From: Lama glama
Lineage: Eukaryota
Length of the DNA stretch: 64,000 nt
Direction: 5' to 3'
Assembly (NCBI GenBank): GCA_028534125.1
Contig: CM052827.1
Location: forward strand, 15,810,001 to 15,874,000
Part shown: one piece after another, positions 48,881 through 61,744 of the stretch
How the letters are laid out: every line of letters starts with the position of its first letter
How positions within the stretch are numbered: position 1 is the stretch's first letter
Notes under the pieces: generated by a model
Told to the model about the DNA's origin: nothing
The model's input: the letters and a program-made list of their open reading frames with translations, nothing else
Database searches by the model: none
Program-made: the position numbers and the translations under genes

Positions 48881-49028
48881 GACCAAGACTGGAACAACTG
48901 TACAGGGAGGCAAGGCCAACACCTGGCCTTTCCCTGGAGAGGGGCAGCCTTGTGCTCTGTCTGATGAGGAAACTGCAGACCTGTTAAACCAGGTCCATGT
49001 ACCGCAAAGCCCCATGAAGTGTGCAAAT

Positions 49029-49047
49029 GGGCCAGCAGGGGGCACTG
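49029..49047 (+). promoter_or_regulatory. Strong CTCF core motif
   Basis: GGGCCAGCAGGGGGCACTG matches the CCASYAGRKGGCRC consensus. Confidence 0.55.
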
Positions 49048-50596
49048 AGGAGGCGGGCATGAGGGAGAGCCAGCCATGGCTGGGGCTGGCCCGGTGATGA
49101 GCGGAGCAAATCGCTGCCTTGCTTCATAGCTCTCCATCATCTGAGCCTCCTAATGCCTGCAGGGTTCTAAGGTCTAGGCCGGGACGCCAGTGAATGCTAC
49201 CAGGAAACCAGTAGGTTCTAGCAGTGAGCCAGGACCAGCTAAGGATGTCCTGGCCCACAGACCAGGGCAAGTCCAGAATCACAGGTGTGCCCGAGGCTGA
49301 GAAAGCCCAGCTCACTCAGATCCAGCTGGGCCACACCAGGGTGGCCCAGGGCACCTCCAGCCCAGATCTCAGGGCTGGGAATGGCTCTCCAGGCACTAGA
49401 CCAGGGGACCAGCTGGGCAATGACGGACACAGAAGCAGGCCAGAGGTTTGGGATACACAGGAACAGGTTCTGAAGCACCCACACAGCTTCAAAACCACCC
49501 GTTGTGGGTGGCCAGGATCTGCAAAGGTCCTACCAGGACCTTCCAGTGAGGTCCTATGGGCCTGACTGGTGGGCGAGTCCTGGGCAGCAGAGGGTGCATT
49601 GGGGTGTGTGTGCTTGCTAGGGGAGAGGTGGGGGTCAACACAAGGCCTGCACTGTCCAGGAAGTGGACTTGCCTGGGGCTGGAGCTCCATGAGAAATGTG
49701 GCAAGTCTGTCCCCTGGAGCCCTCTGTCTTGTATATTCAGGAGGCTGGGTTGGGTGGTAACACCATTCTCAGGGAGTGTCCACACCTAGAGAGGGCAAGG
49801 CAACCCATGTGGGTCTTGGAACAGTGCAAACTGACCCCAGGCTTCAACAGCAGGGCATTGGTGTTGTACTGAGCTGTTCCCACGGTGCCAAGCACCGTGT
49901 CCCCATCGTGGACCAGGGCTGAGCACTTGTTTATTGAGACACATCGATCGCTTCTTTTCTGCCCTTTCTCTCCACAGACACCCACCTGTAAGGGCCACTG
50001 GCTGGGAGCTCCTACAGCTCATGGCCATTCGGGGTGCACTTTCATGGAGCTGGGGTGGGGGGCGCTTCCCACAGGGGATATGCTCCCAGCAGTGATTGTC
50101 CTGCTGTCCCCTCAGTGCCTCTGCACCACACAATGTCTCCTTACTCTACAGTCCGACCAGGAAGTCGCCTCAGTGTCCCCAAACCCTTGGTAGAATGGGG
50201 TCCCGGGACCTGGAGCCCTCAGTCCACTTACACCAGACCCAGGCCAGGGCTCAGAGTCCATCCATGTCCTACAGGACATCTTCCTGAGTGCAAAGATGGG
50301 GCCCCTGTGGGCCTTGTGCACCAAAAGGGAGTTCCACAAAGAGATCCTCAGCTGCATTTGCAGTTAGGCAGCCAAAAAGGAGCTGCTTCAAACACTTCTC
50401 AAGTAGCTGCGGTGGTGGAGAGAGATTCTCCAGCACAGAGCAGAATCGGGGCTCATCAGGTAAGAGCAAGACTGGAAAGAAAAGCCCCCCTCCCCAGGGG
50501 GAAATATTTTTTTGCAAAGAGATTTTCATATATCCACACATCCGTCTTCCTCTTATCCTTCTAGGCTACGTTTGGAAAAAATATATATATAATTTG

Positions 50597-50745
50597 GGGG
50601 GAGCAAATTATATAGCTCGGTGGTAGAGTGGGTACCTGGCGTGCACGAGGTCCTGGTTCAATCCCCAGTACCTCCATTTAAAAAAAAATTGAATAAATAA
50701 ATAAATAATAAATAAACTTAGCTATCTGTTCCCCTCAAAAAACCT
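50597..50745 (+). mobile_element. Camelid tRNA-Ala-derived SINE (Vic-1-type)
   Basis: tatagctcggtggtagag (A box)..gtgcacgaggtcctggttcaatccccagtacctcca (B box), A/(AATA)n linker, C-rich tail; TSD atataatttg/atatagtttg. Confidence 0.9.
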
Positions 50746-53399
50746 AAAATATAGTTTGTGTATGTGTGGAGTGTAGGGTGGGAGAGATACAGATCACTCC
50801 CTGTGCGTCTAAATTGTCATAGTCCTTAAATGGCTTTTCCCATTGGAGAATTCTCTCTCATCAACATGGCTCCCTGCACTTCTGTACACACGGAAATAAA
50901 TAAAATTAAAGAAAAGTATAAAGAGGGTGCAATGAGACCGCTGGGTCAGGCAGAGCCTGCGGAGTGTGAGCCAGCTACCAGACAAAGACCAGGGACTGAT
51001 TATTGCAGGCCTCCCGCTTAGCATGAGAGAATCATTTGGGGAGAAAGCTTCAATTTCATAAAAATGATTTTCAAGAGCTGTTTTGTGAGTCGTAGGATGT
51101 TGGGTATCTTTTTTTTTTTTCTTCTCTTTCACCAAAATGAATAAAAACTTTATGTGCAGTGCGGTACTTAGGTATTGGTTTTGTTAATTTCTTAAAACAA
51201 ATTGGCTCCCCAGTAAATCCCAGACTTGGACAGCCACATTAAGCTAGCAGTGGGGAGGCAATCTGAGCATGATTATCCTGCAAGAGAATTCCCAGAATTT
51301 CATCCAAACTGTGATTTGTTCTGTTATAAAAGGCCTATAAAACCCAGTATAGAAATTCCTGCAGGAAACTCGAGTGTTTAAATATCTGCAATTACTCTCT
51401 CATGATTAAAGAAAGATATGAAAGACAGGACATTAGGGCCCTACAGAAAAGTTCGAGGTGTGGCTTGAGCCATAAATGTCGGAGTGGGGCGGGAGGACCT
51501 TGAAGCATGTTCACAGAGCAGCTCAGGAATCCTGGATGCTCTGAGCAGGCTGGGCCTGAGGGGTGCACCCAGGTTGGTGGGAAATCATCACAGAATCTTC
51601 TGCTGAGGGGAGGTCCTGGTGGCCTAGAGCCCCAGCAACGACAGAGCTCAGTCGGTTGAATGGCCATTTTGCTTTCTGCAAAAGCATGGCACCGATCCAC
51701 ACAAGCCCCACCGTGCATCCTGGGCTCAGGCCTTGGATGTGACCCTTCTGAGCTGGCCCGGGCCATTTCTTTTTCCTAAAGCTCCATCTTCTAGTTGGTG
51801 GTCTTTAGCTCTGTTCCCTAGGGTGCCATCCAAGGAAAACACCCTGAGACTTCCCCAGCTGTCCTCCATCACAGAGGAAGCGGAGACCCAGTCTAGCACG
51901 AAGACCAACCCAGGAAGGGGAGCCCAGCCTCCTGACTCCTCACGTCTGCCACTCCTGGGAAGCCATCCATCCTCGTGAGAGTCACAGCCAGGGCACAGGG
52001 CACCCTTCTCCCAGCTGGACTCTCCTCCCCCTGCACACGCACCGCCCCTCTAAGTCTCTCCAGCTTGCTGCTTGGCAGAAAGGAGCTTCAGAGAGCAATC
52101 CCCGAATGACATCTGCAGGAACCAAGAGCCTCGGGGGCGTAGAGGGTGGCGTATCCACCAGGGGCCGCATCACCTCCAGGGCTCCACCACCTGCAGACAG
52201 CCCCTCCCTCCATGGCCTTGGCTTCTGGGAGAGCCCGAACCCTGAACTGCCCCCCTCTTCCCATCACCCTTCCAGCCCTAGGAGCCTGCAATTTACAGTA
52301 TCTGACTTCCCTTCCATCGCCTGTTGACTCTTCTGACACCCTGGTAACTAGTCTCCTGTATTAAATGAGAGCGTAGGATGATGACACGTGAGATGCAGAG
52401 AGGTCCTGGGGGCAGGGGCTGTCAGTTCCCCTCTTCATCTCCTCCCAGACCCGTGCCCAGTGGGCACCCAGGGGATATATATTGAGCAGAGGCACGAACG
52501 GCCTTGAAGGACATTCTGTTGAGTCTGCACTTCACCCTGGAGACCATATGTTGAACGTCTTGGTGAATTCACTCCCTTTCCTTCTCACTGGTCTTCAGAG
52601 AAGGAGAGCAGGGCTGCAGATGAGGGCTCTTTTCCTTCTGAGGGCAGCAGCCAGTGAAGAGGACCCGTCACCTAGCTGACCTCAGAGGGGCTGGGATGAC
52701 ATTGGCACGTGGCATCCAGTACCAGTTGCTGGAGCCAGCACTTTTGGGCATTCTCTCTCAAACTCTGGCTCTGAATTCTCCTCCCTCGCATCCTCCCTCC
52801 TTCTCTCTTTCTCTGTCTCCCCACAGCCAGCCCGCTCAGAACTGGAAACTGGGAACAATATCCTGACGGGTCAAAGTGGAAGATAAGGGGCCCGTGGAAA
52901 CACACGTAGCACAGGTTTGTGTCAGGCCCGGAACGTCCGTGTAGGTCAGAGATGACAAATGGCAGAGCCCCGAAGGTGTGTAATCCATTTATTGATTCCT
53001 AGCTGTGCCTCCCTCTCATTCTGCCGGCCTCTGGGGAGAGAGAGAGTCACAGATTCTTAGGGCTGAAATTGTGCAGGAAGGACACGGGTTTCCTACTGGC
53101 CAGACATCTGAAGCTGCTTGGCCAAAATATGGAGCCCATCACAGGGCAATGTGGTTCGTGTTTCCGATGGAGGCAGCTCCACTTGGGTTGACGGCCTGGG
53201 TCTCTGTGTCGCTGGAAAGCTGGACAGCGGAGGGCACCCCTCCTCCTGACAGCCGGGTGCACAAGGGTGAGGCTCAGGGACTGATAAAACATACGGGGAA
53301 TAATACTATTTAACAATGACAGGGTTTGCTGTACGCTGAGGACTTGTCCTCAACTCACTTCCAGCTTGATTAATACCCGGGACTCCCACGCCAAAAGGA

Positions 53400-53510
53400 G
53401 TCGGTGCTTCTCATCCCGGATCTGAATGCACTTGCAGGGCTCATAACCCCTCTAAGCTGCAGCTTTTTCATCTGTAAAACAGGGATAATTGCACAGCCCT
53501 CCATTGGGTC
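53400..53510 (+). mobile_element. MIR fragment
   Basis: cataacccctctaagctgcagctttttcatctgtaaaacagggataat. Confidence 0.65.
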
Positions 53511-53654
53511 TAAAGAAAGAAATGGAATCTCTTTATAAGTGCACAACTTCTTGGGGCACGCATCCTTTCCAGAAACATCTCCATTAAGGATCTGGGGGGA
53601 AAAAAATGAATCCCAGGAACAAAGAAAAGAGAATAAAAATCTGGTATTCTACAT

Positions 53655-53870
53655 CGAGGGGGTGGCAATTTTTTTTTAATAAAGGGCCACATAGTAAATA
53701 ATTTAGGCTTCATGGGTTTCTGTTGCAACTCTTCAATTCTGCAAACCCAGAGCAGCCAGAGATGGTCTGTGAAGGAAGGGGTCTGAACACGCCCCAGTAA
53801 CACTTAATTTCCAGAAACAGGTCAGGCCGGCCATGGGCTGGATTTGGCCCCCATAATTTGCCAGACTCGG
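53655..53870 (+). mobile_element. MER58A (hAT-Charlie)
   Basis: aggggggtggcaa-like start, taaagggccacatagtaaataatttaggctt, tctgttgcaactcttcaattctgc, gggctggatttggccc..aatttgcc. Confidence 0.8.
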
Positions 53871-55409
53871 TTAAAACCAGCAAGGTGTATTTCCCCACCC
53901 CATCCAGGGCGCATCTACCATAAAGTGACAGAGTCCTTGAAGGTGGTCCTGAGACGTCAAAATCAAATCTTGCTTTTTAGTTTAGGGATGGATCAACAGA
54001 ATGAGGTGACATTAATCAAAATGTTTGAATTCTGAATAATGGAAGATCTCTAATTCACATCGTGGATGAGCCTGGGGTTTTCATCCTCAACATAGGGAGT
54101 TCATGAATGTAAGNNNNNNNNNNNNNNNNNNNNNNNNNNNNNNNNNNNNNNNNNNNNNNNNNNNNNNNNNNNNNNNNNNNNNNNNNNNNNNNNNNNNNNN
54201 NNNNNNNNNNNNNNNNNNNNNNNNNNNNNNNNNNNNNNNNNNNNNNNNNNNNNGACAGTCTCAAATCCTCTCCAGTAGGCACCGGAATTCCTTGGACTAC
54301 ACTGGNNNNNNNNNNNNNNNNNNNNNNNNNNNNNNNNNNNNNNNNNNNNNNNNNNNNNNNNNNNNNNNNNNNNNNNNNNNNNNNNNNNNNNNNNNNNNNN
54401 NNNNNNNNNNNNNNNNNNNNNNNNNNNNNNNNNNNNNNNNNNNNNGGCATGGGCTGCNNNNNNNNNNNNNNNNNNNNNNNNNNNNNNNNNNNNNNNNNNN
54501 NNNNNNNNNNNNNNNNNNNNNNNNNNNNNNNNNNNNNNNNNNNNNNNNNNNNNNNNNNNNNNNNNNNNNNNNNNNNNNNNNNNNNNNNNNNNNNNNNNNN
54601 NNNNNNNNNNNNNNNNNNNNNNNNNNNNNNNNNNNNNNNNNNNNNNNNNNNNNNNNNNNNNNNNNNNNNNNNNNNNNCACCCAGCGTATTTAATGCCAAC
54701 TGTTCCTGCAAAGAAAACGGCAGACCTCTGGGAGTGCCTGCAGAAGGGGAAAGAAACTGTTACTAATACTTCAATTATTCAGTAGGCGCCCCAACTCTCT
54801 GAGTGGGAAAAATGGACTGGCAGCCCCACCGACGCTTGCAGACGCCACACGGAGCTGAAATCACTCCGCATTCCAGGCCCCTCTGGGTCCTCGAAGCCAA
54901 ACCCCAGAAATTTCTGGATTTACATGTGCCTCCGGCAGACTCCCTTACTGGCAAAGCCTTCCGAAAAAAGCAAGTAGACACCTGTCTGCAGGCAAAGGCG
55001 CCAGGGCCGTCGGGGAGACTGGTTTTCTGAGCTGGTTTTCTGACCTGGCTCCCTAGTGACTGGAAAGCAAGATTTCCCAGCCTCCAGGGAGCCAAGGGTG
55101 CCTGTCCCCGAGGGCAGCGGGTGTGGAGCCCTGCGCAGCAGGCAGACGGACGGCGTCGTCTGGGAGGATTTATATTCCAGGCAGTAGCTTGGGAACCCCC
55201 ATCTGGGGGTAGGTGGAGGGGGAAAAACAGCTCCTTGTTGGAAATTTTGACCACTCGTTTCCTGGGCTGATTTTATTAGGGAACATGTCCCAATGCCGTC
55301 ATGCTCCAACCAATGGCCCAGGAAGTATATCCTTCAGATTCCAACCACAAACAAGAAGAAGAGTAACCAACATTAAAAATTTATTTTTTAATAAAAAATA
55401 AACTAAGAA

Positions 55410-55840
55410 AAAAAGTGTTCCTATTAATGTTTATTTTTACAAACTTGGATAATACAGAAAATTAAATTTAAAAAAGATACTGCTTCTAATCTTCCACCTA
55501 CCAACTAGAATTAAGGCATAGATCTATTTCTCTTGGCCTTTCTTCTGTATGTAACTGTATATATAAGGGGAATTTCTGGGGGGAAGGGCTTTCTTTTTCA
55601 CTGAATTTAAAATGATAAACATTGTCTATGTTATTAAAGTTACAGACATCTTCAAAATCCATCATATGTCAAAACGTAGTTAGCCAATCTATTAACATTG
55701 ACTATTTAGGTTTTTAACTTTTTGTTATTGCTGTAGTCACAGTGGTTTTGAGCATCTCTGTGCAAAAGTCAGTGCAAAAACCACTCTGACCACTTCCTTG
55801 AGGGCACATTTCTAGATGGGTAATTACCAGGTCACCGGCA
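55410..55840 (-). mobile_element. Decayed L1ME 3' region
   Basis: tagccaatctattaacattgactatttagg..gagcatctctgtgca..acatttctagatgggtaattaccaggtca. Confidence 0.55.
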
Positions 55841-55977
55841 AGGGCCAGCGCTCACCTCACTGCCCTGGACTACCTCCCTGGGCCTAAAACTAAGCTCTCC
55901 CTCCAAGTAACTCAAACCCATCTCGCTGGCCTCATTTAGAATGAATCAGCCTGACTCGGATCCCCTTTGAGCTACAC

Positions 55978-56097
55978 CAAGGGTTCCCAACTTCAACGCT
56001 GACGCTACTGAGACTTGGGACCAGCTCATTCTCTGTCACGGGGGCTGACCTGGCCACTTCAAGGTATTCAGCAGCATCCCTGGGGTGAGAACTACTG
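55978..56097 (+). mobile_element. MER20-like, internally deleted
   Basis: caagggttcccaac..actgagacttgggaccagctcattctctgt..tattcagcagcatccctgg..gtgagaactactg. Confidence 0.6.
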
Positions 56098-57649
56098 GGC
56101 TAGACCGTGGTCTGGCAACACAACCAGATGGATGAGTTAGCAACTGAGTGGTGGAGGAAAAGTTTAATTCCAAGGAAAAGCCAGCTAATTCTTCCCAAAG
56201 CAAGCCTTGTCTATTACATGTAGATCTCCATCTATACCGAAGAGCCGTTCCTCTTGCAAAATTAACTCTGCCTCCCTGTTCCCATAGTGTTGCACACACA
56301 CATCCATGCTGCTTAATGATGACTTAGACACCACTGTTATTTGATTATTTATTGTTTTCTCCTTCTTTGGATCCATGTGTCTCTGGAGGCAGAGTATTTC
56401 TTATCTACTTCTTTGTTGTTGGTGTAGTACAGTGTTAGCACAAAGAAGATTACACTGAATGAATGACTAAATGAATTAATTAACTGGAAATGAGACCAAG
56501 ACACATATACATGCACACATGCACTCATATAGCACATGCATGTGTGTCCATGCATGCGCACACCCCAATAGTAGTTGTGGAGAAAAGCAAGGGCTACCAA
56601 CTGTAACAACATCTTCTGGTTTTGACTACACAGTGATTCCAGACGGCAAAAACTTATCTGTGGAAGCGCTAAAAATTTCCTGCTTCTGCATAGAATAACA
56701 TTTGGGCGATCAGGAGCAATGTATTTCCCAATGAGGTAGGACCCCTACTTTTAAATAAGGGTACTTAGGGTTGTCAGAGGAGAGGGAAACCTTCTCTGTT
56801 GCTTTAAGAGACAATTTATTGCATCATTAACACATGTCGTTTAATGGAAAGTCCTGTTATTTTTGGAGAAAGAAATGCATATTCCATACTAAATATAATA
56901 ACAACATAAACCTTTAATAAATAATTGTAACAGTTTATAAATATTTAAATAGTAAATCTAAAAGTCCTGAGGGACTAGAGAAGGCAAGAAAGGAAGATCT
57001 GACTTTAAAGCACTAAAAATAGGTTCTGACACATACGCTTTTAGTTTTTTTTTTTTAGCAGGCAGGAAAACATATATTGGGGCCTTTCTGCCAAAAACCA
57101 ATGGTTGGAGCAAAGTCACCCTCCTAGGGTTATAGACAGAGTAGCTGTTGAGGGTGAAATTGATCAAAGGGCTCAACAAAAGAGAGAAAAGCCCCCAAAC
57201 CTTCCTTTTTTCCACTCACTTCGACTACAGACATCTGAAAGATTCACAGTCAACACGGGGTATGCGGAGGCAATCCACGCCGGAACAGGCAGACCCAGGG
57301 GGCCTGCAGGGCATGCCAGGAAGGTCAAGCTATTCGTTTTTGAGAACTACTGTGTGCCGGGGAAGGTGGTGTTTCAAGGGGATCTCTCTGCTGATATTCA
57401 CAAGCTTTTATAAATCGAGGTCTATTATTATGTCTTTGATGACAGGACAAAATTGAGACCCATATTGGTTAAGAAACGCCACCAGAGGCCACCTGCTACT
57501 GAGTAATGGGACTGGGATTTGAGCCTACGTCTGCCGGAATGGAAGCACTTCCATGTCAGGAAGTCTGTGATTTTTTTCCCCAGACCTGCCCCAAGGTAGA
57601 GAAGCTATACCTCCGTAACTTCAGCAGGTGCAAATCTCATTGTTTTATC

Positions 57650-58035
57650 CAGCTGGATCCAGTAGTGGTCAACATCCATTCCATCCACAACTTAAGTCAA
57701 TCTCATCTACATCCTAATTCTGGCCACAAGTGGGAGTCTCTCAGTGAGAGTGATGCTTTGGGGAAAATGTCCTCCCTCCCAAGAGAAAACCACAAGACAG
57801 GGTTTCTCCTCGTTCCTCTAGATTATCCTGTTTACAACCTTGTAAATATAAGGAGACACAGGCTTAGGGGGAAGCAGATACTAAGGACAAGAGAGAAGAG
57901 AGATGGAGAAACCTGGGCCATATCCAGGGGACACCCTACCTCTGAATGTGACATGATATATATTCCTTTATTATCTGAGATGCTAGAGTCTGAGTTTTCT
58001 GTTACTTGCAGCCAGAAACATCCTAACTGATCTAA
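57650..58035 (+). mobile_element. Old MaLR LTR (MLT1J/K-like)
   Basis: gagatggagaaacctggg..gagttttctgttacttgcagccagaaacatcctaactgat terminal motif. Confidence 0.7.
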
Positions 58036-58122
58036 GGACACACACAAGGAAGCAGTCATGGTGTGTGTGTCCAAGAAGAAATGATGGTTGATGGGACAGC
58101 AAATCCACATGGGGTCCAACTT

Positions 58123-58718
58123 CTGACAGTGGTCAGCTCCTGACTGACTCCCCAGCATCCAATTTAAACTTTTTTCTTACTGAAAATTCCCTCCTTTCCC
58201 CTTGTAGAATTAACTCTCCCTCATTCTACGTCAGATGTAAAGCTAGGAACTGACCAATCCCCCAGATCCTGGAGGAGGGTGCTGATTGGTAAGACATGCA
58301 ACAAAGTCCAGCCCCTTAGCTACTGTGATTGGTTCCAGAGTGGTCTTGGGTCCTATTTCAGGCCAATGAGATGTGAAAAGAGGTTTTCTTTGAACTCCTG
58401 TAAAAGGAGATTTCTCACTCTCCTAGGACAGAAACCTTCTTCTCTTCTCTCTCTTTCCCTGAATTTGGTCGAGAAAATGCATTACCTTAGGATTTGCTGG
58501 CAGCCGTCTTTCTCTCCAAGGAAAGTGGGAGCCCCAAGATGACGCTGAGGCCACAAAGCAGCAGAAGAGAGAACCAGAAAGAAAGCGTTGCATTGACCCT
58601 AAAGTCATTCCAACATTTGGACTCCCCATTACCTGAGCCAGTAAATCCCTTTTACAGTTCCTACCAGTTTAAGTTAGAGTTCCTATTGCTTAGAAGTGAA
58701 GGTGGTGTAACCGGTACA
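58123..58718 (+). mobile_element. Old MaLR LTR (MLT1K/L-like)
   Basis: gtgattggttccag..caggccaatgaga..gctggcagcc..gagccagtaaatccctt..taaccggtaca. Confidence 0.7.
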
Positions 58719-59829
58719 CATACATCTATCTGTCTAGTTTTCTAACAGAAACCCCAAGGCAGGCACCTCAGGATTTGCTTCCAGAGGCTGGGGCCTGATG
58801 TTTCCAGTCATCTCCAGGTGAGTGGACCAGCAGCAGAGAACAGATACTCATGAAGGGTTTCAGCTGCCTCCGTGCAAATCTGGAGGAGAGATCACTGGTG
58901 ATACTTGCTGGAGGTCAGAGTGCCTAACCTGGGACACAGCAAAGAAGAAAGGAGGACCAATGTGAGGTGTCTAAGAAAGTCTTTCCTGATTCGGAGGGTC
59001 CTTGCTCCATCCACTGAACTTTGGAACAGCTCCTTGGAACAGTCACTCCAGGCAGTATGGACACATCTGTCCAGACTCGTGAGAGACTGGAGCAGGAGAA
59101 GGGAGCAGATGTCCCCAATGAGAGCATCGAGGTCCTCTGATTCTTAGCCCCTTCCATGTAACAGCATCCCTGCGAAGACAGGATGTCAGAAAACTTGGCC
59201 TTTGAATCATTGTTTAAAAGTTACCTCAACAGCAGTGATTATCCGATTTTCTGGAGAATTTCAGGAGAATGAAAGAAACGCTTCGCCAGGAGTGTCTGGC
59301 TGCCTTCTGTGGTCTTTATGGGACAGAAGCTGTATCTCCCTTCCTTATCCAAGCATCTCACCCATTTTTCTATGTCCTGGACCATAAACCATTTAGACAC
59401 CGTTCCTTTCATTACCACTGAAGTTAAAAGCATACATGACAAAGCATCCTCTCCCTGAGAACCGGAGGCACGGGTGGATTGTGGAGAAGTGGCAGATATA
59501 GCTCACTTGTTTTAAGGTGGAATTGGCAGGGATCCTCCCCACTCCCCCAAATCTTCTGCTCTTGGGATATTCTTGCCTCAAATTCAGTGCTTCTGATCCT
59601 GGAGAGCTGGGTTTCCTCCTTCTGCTCACACTCGTTGGGTGCAAGCTGGCACTGGGTGCTCTGTCCTAGGGTGCTCTCGTCTGGGGACTGTGAACCTGGG
59701 CAAAGCACGGGCTGGGAAGCAGAGCTCACGCTGGTCCAGGGCTCCACATCTGGGGCCACTTCTGAAGCTGGTGGATGGCACCTGCTCTGTTATCAAGCTC
59801 CAATCGTATCCCAAGGTTCGTTGACTAAA

Positions 59830-60260
59830 ATACCATTTTTCTTAAAAATTTCAATGGCTCCCATCTGCCTGAACAAGACTGGAGCCTGAGCACATGACCT
59901 TTAAAGGCTCTCGCAGTCCTTCTACAGCCCCTGGTCCCACATCATTGCCTGCTCTTCCCGCCTTTCCTTATGCCAAGGTAGAGATCCACCAGCTCCCCCA
60001 AATCGGGGAGAGTGCCGTTCCACCCCACTGCCTTTTTCAGGCCGTCCGTATTGCTATCCAGTCGGACTTGCCTGTGTCCTTCATCCTGTCTGGGGCTCCA
60101 TGGTCATCTAGCCTTGCACGAGGCTCCCTCTTGGATCTCCCCAAGCACCTGCCAAATGCTAACACCCACTGCTGCGTGTGGTCACTTGTGTCCACGTGGG
60201 CCTGCCTTCTTTCCCTATCTCGACTTCATCCTCCAGGGACAGAAGGGCCAGGGAGCCAAC
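59830..60260 (+). mobile_element. L2 fragment
   Basis: cttaaaaatttcaatggctcccatctgcct..gcacatgacctttaaaggctct. Confidence 0.6.
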
Positions 60261-60479
60261 TCTCTCCTGCAGCACTTACGGAGATTTACAGGAAGGGCGG
60301 AGTCCCGAGAGAGAGGCACAGATGGTGTGCCATCATCTTATGGCAGGCCAGGCTCATACAGGCAGCAGTCCCAACCCAGTGGTCTCCAGGAGCATGACCC
60401 GTCTCACCTGGCCAAGTCCACGACTGCCTTATAGGTGATGAGAGGGTGGACAGCCTCAGCAAATCAGAATAATCTCTGT

Positions 60480-60650
60480 CTATCAGAGCCAGAAGGGCCT
60501 TAGGAAGTCAGCCCTTTATTTTGTAGGCAGATACACTAAATTCCAGGGGAATGAGATATCCCCAAAGTCAGAGAGCTAATGAATGAAGGAGTCTAGACCA
60601 GATCAGGTCTCCTGTCCCCTGGCAGACGGTTCGTCCTAGTGCCATGCTCC
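60480..60650 (-). mobile_element. MIR/MIR3 fragment
   Basis: agagccagaagggccttagg..ccctttattttgtagg..cccaaagtcagagagctaat. Confidence 0.6.
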
Positions 60651-60699
60651 TCTGATTAATAGTCAGTTTCCATCTAGTTCTGCCCAATTAAGAGTTTTT

Positions 60700-60950
60700 C
60701 AGAACGGATTCTTCAAGTTTTTCGTAGGTATGACATGAAGACAAGGGACTGTAGTCAGATAAATTGGAAAAATGATGAGCCAAAAATTAAATTGATTTAT
60801 TGATTCAGAACTTTTAGTATGTTAATCCAAGAGGGCAGTATTGGGTCTAGCCTTTCCCAAATTTAATTGCCCTTGGAATTCTTTCTCATCCACTGTCCAG
60901 CAAAATGTCTTGAGACGTGAGTGTCCTGGGGCACATAACTAGGGGCATGG
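60700..60950. mobile_element. hAT-Charlie fragment (MER103C-like)
   Basis: agtcagataaattggaaaaatg..tagtatgttaatccaagaggg..tttcccaaatttaattgccc. Confidence 0.45.
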
Positions 60951-61123
60951 GAGCCCACTGACATTTCCGTGAATGAAGGTGCATTATTTCCCCTTTGAAA
61001 GTCCAGCATCCGTGGGTCTGTAAGCCTTTACGGCCAGGACATAAGCACCCCCACCATCACCAGGAAGCATCTGCACTCGTCTGCTTGGAGAATTCTAGGC
61101 TGTCACTCCTTGAGAATGTCTAG

Positions 61124-61130
<7 letters not shown>

Positions 61131-61176
<46 letters not shown>
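61131..61176. repeat. Perfect (GT)23 microsatellite
   Basis: Directly visible, 46 bp. Confidence 0.97.
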
Positions 61177-61178
<2 letters not shown>

Positions 61179-61744
61179 AGGGGTTGTTTTCTGTTTTGTA
61201 AAATTTTAAATAAAAATTTAATTTTAAAAAGTTAATATTTAAATCTTTAAAAAAGCATCCATTTCTAATTACCTTCAATGTGCAACAGCCAAAGAGCTGT
61301 TGAACGCATGGGTGTATGTCCCACCAGTTCAAAGACAGGCTGCTTCTAAGACTCCTGACAGGTCCCTCCAGAGCCATTGGATTCAGAATGGCACAGAGGG
61401 GACCTCCGTTGTGCAAAGGACCCATCAGAGAAACTCCCTGGTTGGCTATGGCACAAGTTATCTTAAGAAAAGGCATTATCATTACTGCATCTTACCACAC
61501 ATTTCCAGTTGAGTTATCACAAGGGTATTACAAAAAACAAACAAAAAATCGTAGGAGTTGGCAGTAACTCAGTAAATAAAATCACCACTATAATTGCTCC
61601 AGTGTAACAGGTCGATCATTATCAAGAAAGGTTTTGATATATTTTTTAATTAAATGGTGACTCTGTTGATCGATTTCACTGATAATCCAGCAATCCCTCT
61701 TTCCCCACCCTCCGAAACAGTTTGCTTCATGAGAAGGATGGTTA

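Noticed and set aside
50597-50678. tRNA-Ala(AGC)-like sequence (also 42700-42758)
   Set aside because: A-rich linker, tail and target-site duplications show these are SINE copies, and stems or boxes are mutated
46106-54677. N blocks as exactly masked exons
   Set aside because: Flanks do not consistently show AG/GT or AC/CT boundaries; two runs are preceded by AG but not followed by GT
54055-54766. Long ORFs spanning N blocks (also at 4.7, 15.9, 39.2 and 46-47 kb)
   Set aside because: Length is an artefact of Ns containing no stop codons
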